Shown here: piece by piece, positions 52,531-64,000 of the stretch
How positions within the stretch are numbered: the stretch's first letter is position 1
How the letters are laid out: each line of letters starts with the position of its first letter
Assembly: GCA_965287045.1 (NCBI GenBank)
Contig: OZ336882.1
Location: 36,332,001 to 36,396,000, forward strand
Reading direction: 5' to 3'
Origin: Carcharhinus amblyrhynchos
Lineage: Eukaryota
Length of the DNA stretch: 64,000 bases
Translations under genes and position numbers: made by a program
The notes under the pieces: generated by a model
Told to the model about the DNA's origin: nothing
The model's database searches: none
The model's input: the letters and a program-made list of their open reading frames with translations, nothing else

Positions 52531-55500
52531 TTGAAATTTTAATTAACGCGCTAATGTGATTAGAAACTAGATAGGGAAGGGAACCGGTTTGAAAACCAAA
52601 CGATCGCGATGTCTGGAAGAATAAACTTCTGAAAACGCAAAAACTCCCAGTTAATAAGCAACAATTACCGCTTTCGAACGGGGCTTTCGAAAAAATCTGA
52701 TCTCCACGTTACAGTTCACATTCTCAATTTTACCCACAGAATAAATCCTTGGTTTTAATTCAGATCAGATTCAATTGAGGAAGGTGCTTTAAAAAATAAC
52801 CCGCGAAGAGGTTCGCTGAACATTTGGAATAATTTTGCTGAAACTAGCGGAAACGAATTATTCAAACTCAGATATTTAAGTAATGTAAAATATTTCAATT
52901 CAAACTTTTTTAAAACCGATTTCTTTATTTCAGGTAACATAAATAGCATTTGTACTTAATAAACTTAAATCTGAAATCGCGGTTGATCGTGACTCCGTTT
53001 ATTTTTTCAGTTAGTGGGCAATATCGACGATCAATGGAAACTTTCACTCTTTTTAAAACAATTTAGACACTCAAACTGTTAATATTAAAATGATTTAATT
53101 TATCACGTTTTAAATCCTTAGATTGTCCACTTGACTCCAGTCAATGAATTAAAGCCAGAATTTGGCAATGGCCAAAGTATTATCACAATAGAAACCTCCC
53201 GCCATCGGCCAGAGTTTTTGTTTCACTCAATCAGTCAGATAAAAGTACGTGCCCAAACCATTTCAGGTCAGACAATGCCAGTTTAGTGCCAATAACGTGT
53301 TACTGTAAATTCTTGGGATAACACTGGCTTCAAGCAAGGGGTACGCTGCATTGAAGCTATTCTTCACCAGCGGTGTTTTTCTTCATCGTTCAGTAAAATT
53401 GACTCTGATGGAGAAATTTCAGTTTTATATCCTGCAGGGAGCGAGCAACGAGTGCAGATTTTACAATTAAGTCATAATTATCGCTTGGACAAATATGAGT
53501 TATTCCTTCGGTCAAAATGTTAATGTCCCTCAGGGTCCGAAAAGGTTGAGTAAAATGATGTGTTTCACAGTTTTAAATCCATGCTTTCGTAGCTCTAGTG
53601 AAGGTCCCTCTTATCTTGAGTGCTCCGCCAATGATTTTATATACAAACAACATCAAACCCCCATGTAGTTACCCCGATCTAATAAAAAGATTTTATAAAA
53701 ATTGAAAGTGACGGAAATACTCAGCCATATTCGGTAATCAGTCCTATTGCTCTCCAAACGTTATATCTGTTTCTCTCTCCTCAGATGCCAACAGCCCTGC
53801 TGGGCATTTCCAGCACTTCCTGATTTTATTTCAGATTTTCAGCGTCCGCAGCATTTTGCTTTTATTACAAAAAGATGCACGGGTTGTTTTCAATATTTTA
53901 CAGTAACTTTAGGGTAACTGTGAAAGTTTTGTATGCCTACCAGTCGAATATTGGGACAGAAATTGGCTAGAAAGCTATTTATCACAATGAATAGCCCATT
54001 TGAAAAATGCATGATATTTTTTCAAAATGGATTTTCTGCAAGTTATCGAAAACTGTATTCAGCATTTTTCTCGACTTGCTTCCAAACAGGCCAATGAAAA
54101 GCCATGCTACTTCCAAATGTTTTAAAATGCACTTATTTCACATCCTTAAAGCATCAATTATTAGGCTTAAGGTTTGATAAGTAATTTCTATGAGCGGCTC
54201 CTCATATTAGTCCCTCAAAGAATCAGCAGCGAATTTTTTTTCCACTGGAGTTTTATAAAGGTAGGTTTCTCAATCATAATGCTCTTGTAGTGCGTTTTTA
54301 AAGCACATGTGCACTTTAGTTCGAACAGTCTAAAAAGATATAGAGATACAAACATTATACATTACCCCCTTTACATCTTGAAACTACTTGAGCAAGTCAT
54401 ATAGCTTGGGGAGTTGCTTTTCGCATGGTTGTACCTCATGGCAAATGTCTCATGGTTTGCCACTGACGCGTGACAGAAGCTCATAGGCAACGAAAGCGTA
54501 TCTTTGTCACGAGAAAAGTTAACATGGGGCATTTTTGGAGTAGTCACAGAAACCGTAGCACGTTGGTTATAGAGCATGTGAAATTGTGACCGATACCCAA
54601 AGCAATCAGAATGCGTTTACGAAAGTAAATAGGCCTGTTGTGGTTTAGTGTTTTCTTAAATCAGCAGTGTCCCCCGAGTTGACGGTGCAGATACTTGTGT
54701 CTATATATGCAAGTATCTCTACAACATCTGTCTGTTTAAATCTTACGGCAACGCACAGAATGCTGAGCGCCGCTGCTGAATTCCAAAATGCAACACAATT
54801 CCCGCTCTTCGTTTGTATAACTCGTTCACTGCATTAATACCTCCAACCAAAACCAGTGCATTAGTTGCAAAAAATTTATATCCGGTTCTAAACATTTTCA
54901 AAAGTTGTCAGGCGTCAGATTTTTCACATTAACAGGGTTAGTGATTTTGCGCCTTCGTCAACTGCTAATACAAATCTTGAAGCAACTTAATGAAGAAGGC
55001 CCGTGGGTTAGTGATCATTTATTTTATTTACACAAAGAGAACACTTTAATAGGTTGCGATTAGATTGCAGTTTTAGTCATAAAGAGTTAGGAAGATGGGT
55101 AATTTCGCAATTAAACGCCAGAAGTGAAGCCAAAGCAAAAACATGACTAAGGCTTTAGACATAAGGAATTAACCTGCTGTCTGCATGTTTTACAAAATAT
55201 ACTCTATTAACATCTGCAATCAAAGTATTATAAAAATTAGCTTTTAAGTCCAACAAATTACCCTCAAAAATGATTTAAACCTTTATTTTCTAAGATGCAG
55301 TATGATATTTTTATTTTCTTCCATTGATAGTTTGTTAATCTTAGCACAATATATTGATACTAAAGCCCTGACAGGCGTTTCATTAGAGCCGAGTTCCTTC
55401 CACCAATAGGATGGGACCTTTTCAACCCAAAACTGAGCCAGCAATATTATTGACAATGTAGCTGCCTTTTAAAAAAATGAAGGAAATGTACAATGCCCAC

Positions 55501-55555
55501 TTGACATGCAGAAAAAAGACTATTAAAATAATGAACAGGAGTACTGCGACCTTAC

Positions 55556-56060
55556 CCTGCAGCTTTCCTGCTCGCAGACTTTGCAGATCTAGGTGTGATT
55601 ACCTGTCAGAACTATGATGGCCGAACAGTGAAGTGCAGTTTATTAGGAAGGGCCTGATCAGAGTGCTGCCACCTTGGCACAATCGATGGTGAGAGAAGAG
55701 AAAGCGACTCGTCTCACGACATTACGTTCTCCTGCGTCCGACACGATCCTCAGTACGTCAGGGCAACGTACTGCATGGCCCCGGAACTTCAGCTGCAATC
55801 GGGGGAGCCAGAGGAGTTGCTACTGTTCTGATCAGAAGGTCATTTGCAACAAGAAGAGAGTATTTTTCCCCCCACCATTCGCTCACCCTAACCTCACATT
55901 TGTGTCTGCGTGTGTGTGTGTGTGTGTTTATTTTCGCAGAGAGGGCGCCTATAAGAGACAGAACGCGAGTGAAAAGTAGCGACTGCATTCCTTCTTCTCA
56001 AAGTCTCCATAACGTGCTCTGCAGGCGGTGTTTTAGTCCCGCGATTGAAATCTCTTCATC
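55556..56060. promoter_or_regulatory. CpG-rich distal promoter and probable non-coding first exon of PURA, possibly bidirectional
   Basis: Local CpG enrichment; ETS-like CCGGAA ~55781; (GT)n ~55908-55927; + strand TATA-like tataaga ~55950; minus-strand donors AGG|GTAAGG (exon end 55556) and CAG|GTAATC (exon end 55603). Confidence 0.55.
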
Positions 56061-56729
56061 TGTCTGCACATTGTTTCTGGTAGCCCTGTAGGTTCCTCAG
56101 CGATGAGATTCCCGTACATTATATACAAGCTGATCTTTAGCGGGTTGTGAAAGGTGCCACTTCCAATATGGTTAAAATGGAAGCTGACCAGATAGAAAGA
56201 AAATGTCATTTTTGTAGTTCCACCCCAACAAGGGACTAAGCTGTTGATAATAGGCTTGAAGGCTTCTGAAGGTAATTTTCCAGTTTCACATATCCGTCTC
56301 TATGTGCATATTGATGTACATATGTGCAATTTCATTATATAACATCTGGAAATGTCTTCCTTTACCTGCACATCGCAATGGCGACGACACAGTCTCTGAA
56401 TTGTATTGTCCGGCGGAGCGGGCCGTTCCTATTTCTGCTCTTTTATGTTATGATATGGGTTGGCTGTGAGAATCATGCTTACAAAATCAATATCTTCTTA
56501 TCACTTAGATCTGGGTGTTCTTTGTGTGCTGTCGCAAGGAAGGTAATGGTGTAAACCTTGAAAATGGAAGAGAGTAGCACTTTTAAAATGATCCTTCAGG
56601 TTAATGAAGTGGATTTTAGATAGCGGGATTGTTTAGAGATGGACTCGGCTGGCATTTTCACTTAGAGCCTTTGTGTTTAACTGGGCAGGTGAGACTCCAC
56701 AGAGCAAGAAAGAGGAAAGGGATACCGAC

Positions 56730-57012
56730 ACGGGGTGCCCCGGTTTCCTCCGACAATCCAAAGATGTGCAGATTAGGTGGATAAACTCTGCTCAGTTGCC
56801 ATTTAGTGTCCAAAGATGTGCAGGTTAGGTGGATTGGCCATGCTAAATTGTGTTTTAGTGACTCAAGATGTGTAGGTTAGGGGGATTAGCTGGTAAATAC
56901 GCGAAGTTATGGGGATAGAGCGTGGGTGGGATGCTCTTTGGAATGGTACAGAATCAAGGCAGAAAGAGACCAGTTTAATGGTCTCCTTTTGTAGTGTCGG
57001 GATTCCATGATT
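56730..57012 (+). mobile_element. 5'-truncated HE1/V-SINE-like element with internal ~55-bp tandem repeats
   Basis: ccaaagatgtgcag.ttaggtggat unit repeated 2-3 times; CR1-like tail tagtgtcgggattccatgatt. Confidence 0.75.
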
Positions 57013-58449
57013 ATGAGGTACAGAATGTTCTGGAAGAACAGGACACCTGAAAACAGACCTGACAGGAAGTGGAACATTGTTTAGCAAAATAATCTGGTTG
57101 GAGCTGTCTAATGCAGAAAGCAATTCTAAAATTCTAACGAATAGGTAATTCTAGAAGGTAGCATGGAGTTATTGCTGTCAGTGATGGGGCAAAACAAGGA
57201 GATGTAATGCTAAGTTTTGATGCAGAGGAGTTTGTAGTGCTGGTGAAGAATAATTATATAGAGATAGGAAGGACCAAGAATTATAAGGATTGTATAATCA
57301 TTGTCATTAACATGTTGCTGTTCGTTGTACTATGTTATGCACCAGTTGATTGTCACATCGCATTACAACAATGACCATACTTCAATAGTGCTTCATTGGA
57401 TGTGAAGTGCTTTGGGATATCCTGAGGTTGTGAATGGTGATTTTAATGCAATTAAACTGGGAACCCATTTAGCAATTTTAACATACTAGCTAATCTCCTT
57501 TGGCATTGTTCATAGGAAGTTGGAGAATGATATGGGGAATGGGGAATAACGGGCAATGTGCAACTGTAAGCAAAATTGACGTAAAAATTGTCAGACTTTT
57601 CTATGAAAATGGCAGTGAGATTAATGTATTCTTTGTTACTTATGCATAAATGGCATCAACAACTTCAGACAGGACAGATACGAGGTTAAACACAGATGGA
57701 GAAGTTGCTCTTTGTGGTGCACTGCTTTACCATTGAAACACGTTGAGCTGTGTGAAGGTGCCGTACTGGCATTGAATATACAAACTGTACTCATTATAGA
57801 AAGTTAAGCCTCGTTATATCAAATCTAAGAACATATTTATGGTATGATCCATGTTAATTATTGCCAATCAACCTGTCTGGTACTAAAAAATAACTGTTAC
57901 AAGTGTGGATCCTCATTCTTACATGTGTTAACTCACTGGAATTTTAAAATGCAAAATTTAAAATTTAAGCATTCTTTTTTGTGCTCTTTTTTCTCTTAAT
58001 CCAATCTTTATTTCTCTTTATGTACCTGATTTATCATTTGACTTCACCCATTTTAATTTGTACTTGCTTCTCAGCTCAGTTTATTTCACAGTTCTTCAAT
58101 CTGATTTGTTATGGAGCTACAAAAATGCTTACTCTGTTCACTCAGCTGATAGATGCCCTGTTTCCCTTGCTGCAATACCATCTCACAAAAAATGTAAAAA
58201 ATATAAATGTGCAGGCCAAGTCTAACTAATAGACCGCTGGAGAAAATCGCGAACAAAATAAATCATCGTAAGAAATTGAAAATTGGGATAAGATGTACAT
58301 TTAGGAAGTACTTATGTAATAAAAATTTGGGGAAAACAGGAATCATAACATATCTAATTATTTCTAATGCATTTACAGCAACAATTTGTGATATGCCTTG
58401 TCTGTAACACCAAATCTTACTCGAGCTTTCTTTGCTGGCTTTCTTGTTT

Positions 58450-58810
58450 TAAATTCATTCATGGGATGGGGATGTCACCAGCAAGGTCAGCATTTACTGT
58501 TCATACATGTACAGTTGAATGGCTTGCTAACGCATTTCAGAGGACTGTTAAGCGTCAGTCACATTCCTGTGAGTCTTGTGTAACATGGAGGCCAGGCTGA
58601 ATAAAGACAGCAAATTTTCTTCTTTAAAGGATATCGTTGAACCACATGAGATTGTACAGCAATCTGGTAACTTCATGGTTACTATTACTACTAGATTTTA
58701 ATTCCAGATTTGCTGCATATTTTCTAGCTGCAATGGTGGGATTTGATCTCTTATCTCCAGATCGTTAGTCCAAGCCACTATTCCAGTACTACAACCACCA
58801 TTCTACTATA
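58450..58810 (-). mobile_element. Shark SINE (same family as 2135-2460)
   Basis: catgggatggggatgtcacc...tttaattccagatttg. Confidence 0.7.
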
Positions 58811-59114
58811 CTCTGATGATACATTTATGATACAGTAAACAGTGTCATCATGGTTCTACATTTCAGATGCAGTACTCTGAGAATTGATTCAGCTATTGCA
58901 TTGCAATTACTGGTTTCTCAAAAATTATAGATTTTTAAGCTTGAGAATGGTATGGCATAAAGGGGAAAATATTTGTTGGAGATTTCTGATCTTTAGCCAG
59001 TTCTCTAGGAGTTCCACCATTTCCAGCTGGAGGACCCTGCAAAAATTCCAGGTAGGTATTCAAAGAATGCCTGATTAACTTAAAATAGTGCCATGTAAAT
59101 TATATTTCTGCCTT

Positions 59115-59875
59115 TTGATTTGATTTATTATTGTCACATATATTAACATACAGTGAAAAACATTGTTTCTTGTGCACTATAGACAGAAAACATACCATTC
59201 ATAGAGAAGGAAATGAGAGGGTGCAGAATGTAGTGTTACAGTCATAGCTAGGGTGTAGAGAAAAATCAACGTAATGCAAGGTAAATCCATTCAAAAGTCT
59301 GACAGCAGCAGGGAAGAAACTTCTTGAGTCGGTTGGTATGTGACCTCAGACTTTTGTGTCTTTTTCCTGAAAGACGAGGGTAGAAGCGAGCATGTTTGGA
59401 TTGTGTGGGGTCCTTAATTATGCTGGCTGCTTTGCTGAGGCAGCAGCAAGTGTAGACAGAGTCAACGGATGGGAGGCTGGTTTGCATGATAGATTGGACT
59501 ACATTCACAACCTGTTGTAGTTCCTTACCATCTTGGGCAGAGCAAGAGCCGTACCAAGCTGTGATACAACCAGAAAGAATGCTTTTATGGTACATTTGTA
59601 AAAGTTGGTGAGAGTTGTAGCACACATGCCAAATTTCCTTAGTCTTCTGAGAAAGTAGAGGCTTTAGTGGGCTTTCTTAACTATAATGTTGGCACTGGGG
59701 ACCAGGACAGGTTTTTGGTGATCTGGACACCCAAAAACTTGAAGCTCTTGACCCTTTCTACTTCGGCCCTGTTAATGTAGACTGGGGCATGTTCTCCTTT
59801 ATGTTTCTTGAAGTCAATGACAATCTCCTTTGTTTTGTTCACATTGAGGGAGAGATTATTGTTGCTGCATCAGCC
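59115..59875 (-). mobile_element. Rex1/Babar- or L2-like LINE 3' fragment (same family as 37321-37912)
   Basis: SILSGCITAWYGSCSAQDGKELQQVV; (tgatt)n tail at ~59115-59128. Confidence 0.85.
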
Positions 59876-62800
59876 TGTCCAGTCTTCTGTGTACTAAAGC
59901 AATTCTTCATAGCCACACTAAATTATTAGTTGTTAATTAAAGATGTTTCACCTAGCATCTTATCAGATTTCAATCATACTGTGACGTTGATATTTAAAAA
60001 CCTTCCTTCCACTTTACTTAGCTGATGAAATGCGTGTAACAGTTGTTTTCTCTGAGCACTTTTGTGTATGTAGCAAAAAAGCAATTTTCAAAGCGGACCA
60101 AGTCTTCTTGGAATTGATATTCGCTATGTATGAGACGATGTGCCTAGCATTAATAATCACCCTTTTATTGTGATGTCTGCCATTGAAGATGGTGTGAGTT
60201 GTCCACAATCCATAATGTCAGATTAAAGCATTTTGGCTGAAACTAATAACCTTAGTTTTAAATGGAATAAATACACTGCAAAAGTAAATCATAGCTACAG
60301 GTAGTTTCTGTGGAGGGGGTTCTCCTGCTATGACTTCAGCAGAAAACAAAACAAAAACATTATGTTGTATCATATTTTGGGATTGAGTTTCTGATCCCTC
60401 TGTCTCATTACTGCATCCCTTTCCATACCCCCTGACACTGCTGCAATATCAGCCAGGGTTGCTGCTCATGATCTCACCCCGCTAACCTGGAAAACACCAA
60501 AAAAAGACATAAACTTGTTTCTTGCTTTTTCTTTTAGTGTTTTCATCAAGCTGCCACTATTACAGAAGGAGATTATAGAATGCCTGTGGAAATTCAGCAC
60601 AAATATATTTATTTAAGTGCAATACATGGAACAATTGACTGAATCCTCACATGCCTTCTCTTGGACTCCTGCTGTAACTCAGGTGGACTTATGAAGAAAT
60701 GGCAGAAGCAATTGCTTGTGACATTTTTCTTGGGGTTTCTCTGATACTCCAGCAAAATAATGGCAGCGTTCAAAAGAACCCCATGGAAATTATCACCCAG
60801 TTTTAGTCCAAAAGGGATTAAAATGTTAATTTTAGAGTGTATTTCTTACAAAATGTTTCAAAGATCATCATGATGTGAATGATCTGAAAATTGATCAGAG
60901 GTTCTCCTGATCCTTATCATAACGAACAGCATGTTGAAACTTGGCAGCTGAGCTCCTGCTCACGTGGAAACACGTCCTGTGAAGTGATGTATTACTGTAA
61001 GGACAGGTTTTTCTCCAAAACCTTACTTAATATATAACAATCCGAGATTGAATTTGCCTATTCAATTTTTTAAAAAATTGTAAATGCCTATGTTTCTTTT
61101 GCTCCCTCCTGTTGCATTCTTCCTTCTTGATATTGTGATCCAAGAATATTTCTGTAAATTGCGAACGATGTCAATCAGAACCAGAAAATACTAGAAACAG
61201 TCAGCAGACCAGTCAGCAAATGTGGAGGAAACCAAAAGAACTACAGTTCAATATTTCTAGCATTTTCTAAGTTTATATATTCCTATGAAATGTTAATTCT
61301 CCCATAACGTTTCAAAGAGATTGCCCAGCCATCCAGCAACTTTGAGCCAAGAAAAGACTAATCTGAGGAAGTCCTTTCAGAACGAATAATTATAGAATAA
61401 GATGCATATATTGTCATTCTTCTGTATAAAATCTATATAAACAACAAGCTCCATTGGATAGATCTCTAGCTAAGAGATGGCTAGAGAATAGTCAGTGATT
61501 TCTCCTCCATGGAAGCATAGAGTGTGGGCCCGGAAGTTATAGGAGATGAAATGGACTGAAGCAGCGATTGGCAACCAGCATGGTTCAAAGCTTTCAGGAT
61601 CAGGAAGTTGCCATTAGCCCCCACAACCCCATTAATTAGTCAGCATACAGATCCACGGCATAGTGAAATAGGAATGACTGATTTCCCCATGACTCATAGT
61701 GTTATCTTTCAGAGCGGTAGTACCTGCCAATCCTCTTGCCCCACATCATCACCGCCACCACATACACAGAGCATCTCATTAATGGGATGTAGAGATGAGA
61801 TTAAGCTGTCCAACAACAAGATACAGAGGTGCAACCAACAGCGCTCAAAATAACTTTTAAAATCTAGGGCCACCTCCACCCCATTCCATGATCCATTCTC
61901 TCATGAAGATTCACAAGAATAACTTGTTTAAAAAAAACATATCTGGCAATCAAGGAAGCATGAGAAGAATAAATAGACTGGTTTTCACCATGATAAAGTT
62001 GAATGTGCATTGACATGGAGGAGGTTAGAGTCATAGAGAAATAGATACATTTATGCAGTTGATGGGTGTTGGGGCAGACCCAATGGGATAAATGGCCTCC
62101 CACACTGTAGGAATTCTATGATGTACTGCTGACATATTCACTGAGGTGAAGATGTTTGACATGGTTCGGTAGGGACAAAGAGTGCCTGTCTCAAGTGGAA
62201 GCAAAGGTTTGAGGGATTGGGATTGTGCCATAGAAGGGAAAACACAAAATGGTGTTGCAGTAAATGTTGCCAGTCTCTCCTTTGCTTCAGTATGTGATGC
62301 CTTCCATCTCCATGAGAACTTATTGCAAGAATATGCCCAAGTGGAATTCCATTTCTGCTCCTGATCGTAGACAGGGTTTGAAGGTCTGAAAGTCTGCTGA
62401 TGATCCTGCCTTCTAATGAGTATCGATTGTACTTATGTCCAGGTAGAATTGCAAAGAAACAAAAGCTTTAAGATGTTTCTCAGTTGCGGAAACCTTTAAT
62501 CAGTCTCCTGACTTTTCAGTATAATGAACTCCTTACTTCGTACAGTATCTCCTGGCAGCTGATGTCCCTCAGAAGCCTTGGTTTACATTACTAGAATGCA
62601 TTAGCAATACAAACCCACTCAACTGTGCCAGTGGTTCTCCAACATAAAAAAAAGACAAATGGTGACTCCACTAGTGAATCACAAGAAGACACAAAAAGTG
62701 CAAATAAAGCATTTTAAAGGTGCACAGATGGTTTTCACTTTAATTTTCTTGTTTAAAAAAGTTATACACCATTTCTGAATGGGAAATATATGGAAAATGG

Positions 62801-62899
62801 AAAGAAAATTTGTTCCTTGTGATACCTATCCAATGTCATAACAATTGTAATACATAAATTTCCCATTTTTTTCACATTTAATTTCAGTTGGGCAACTTC

Positions 62900-64000
62900 T
62901 AATGCTTTCTTCTACCTCACAGAGGCTGACTAGCAACTCTCAGCTGCTTCTGTCTACCTCCATCTGCATCATGACCTCACCACCAGAACATCAGACTATT
63001 GTTTCCTGTACATTCAAGAACCTTATCTCCAATGATAATTTCCCCCCCACAGCCTCCAATCTCATAATCTCCCAACCCCACAGAGTCCACTTCTGCATCC
63101 TTCCCAAAATCCCCAAACCAGGTGGACTTTGCAGACCCTTCATATCAACCTATTTCTTCCTATCTCAATGCCATCCTCTCTTCCTTTGTCCAGTCTCTTC
63201 CCACCTACATTCATGATTCATCTGATGCCATATCAACCCTTTCCAGTTCCCTAGCCCTAACTGCCCGCTTTTCACTATGGATATCCAATTCTGCTACACA
63301 CCCATCCCCCACCAGAATGATCTGAGAGCAGAGGCCTTAACAATCACTGTCTATCAACACTATCCTCTGCCTGACTGAACATGTTCTGTTACTAAATAAT
63401 TTCTCCTTTAACTTGTCCCCATTTGTGAAATAAAGGATGTATCTATGGGTACCTGTAAGGGCCCCAGGTATGCCTGTACTTTTGTATATTATGCTGAACA
63501 TTCCTTGTTCCAGTTCAACTTAGTTCCTCTCATGCAATTCTTTTTCTGTTACAATGAAGAATAAACTGGAGCCACTTCAGGCTTTTGTCTGGACCTGGAA
63601 AAATTTTTCTTCCAATTTTTACCCCTCTCTCACCTATACATGGTCTATCTCTGATACTTCTCTTCCTTGACCTCAATGTCTTTATTTCTGGTGATAGACT
63701 GATCAACAATACTCATTACAGAACCCATTGACTCCCACAGATCTCTTGAATATGGCTCCTCACACCCTACTCCCTGTAAGGACTCCATCCCATTCTCCCC
63801 CTCCTCTGCTACATCTGTTCTGATGTACATTCAAGAACCTCATCGCCACTGATAATTTCCCCCCACAGCCTCCAATCTCATAATTTCCCAATCCCACAGA
63901 GTCCACTTCTGCATCCTTCCCAAAATCCCCAAACCAGGTGGACTTCGTAGACCCTTCATATCAACCTATTTCTTCCTATCTCGATGCCATCCTCTCTTCC
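62900..64000 (+). mobile_element. Decayed Penelope-like RT, tandemly duplicated
   Basis: FCILPKIPKPGGLCRPFIS (cf. FYLLPKIHKP..GRPIVS), FTMDIQ, DVSMGTCKGPRYACTFV (cf. GxAMGTxMGPSYACLF); sequence from 63007 is repeated from 63824. Confidence 0.8.

Overview
Vertebrate genomic DNA, most likely a cartilaginous fish (shark), judged from its repeats (CR1 LINEs, HE1/V-SINE-like and DeuSINE-like SINEs, Penelope-derived palindromes). The only intact protein-coding sequence is an uninterrupted PURA (Pur-alpha) ORF at 49591-50391 (-). It has a 5'-UTR splice acceptor, a probable distal non-coding first exon and bidirectional promoter about 5.2 kb upstream, and a long transposon-free 3' region containing a 143-nt assembly gap. 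Much of the rest is decayed retroelements, some nested. The main unexplained signal is a chain of minus-strand, splice-site-bounded, protein-like but stop/frameshift-riddled segments downstream of PURA (about 0.3-41.6 kb, including a ~3 kb one). This looks like a large decayed multi-exon gene; a TEX15 ohnolog is a synteny-based hypothesis that I could not confirm from sequence. Penelope-derived palindromes carry hammerhead-ribozyme-like cores. All calls are by eye and repeat boundaries are approximate.
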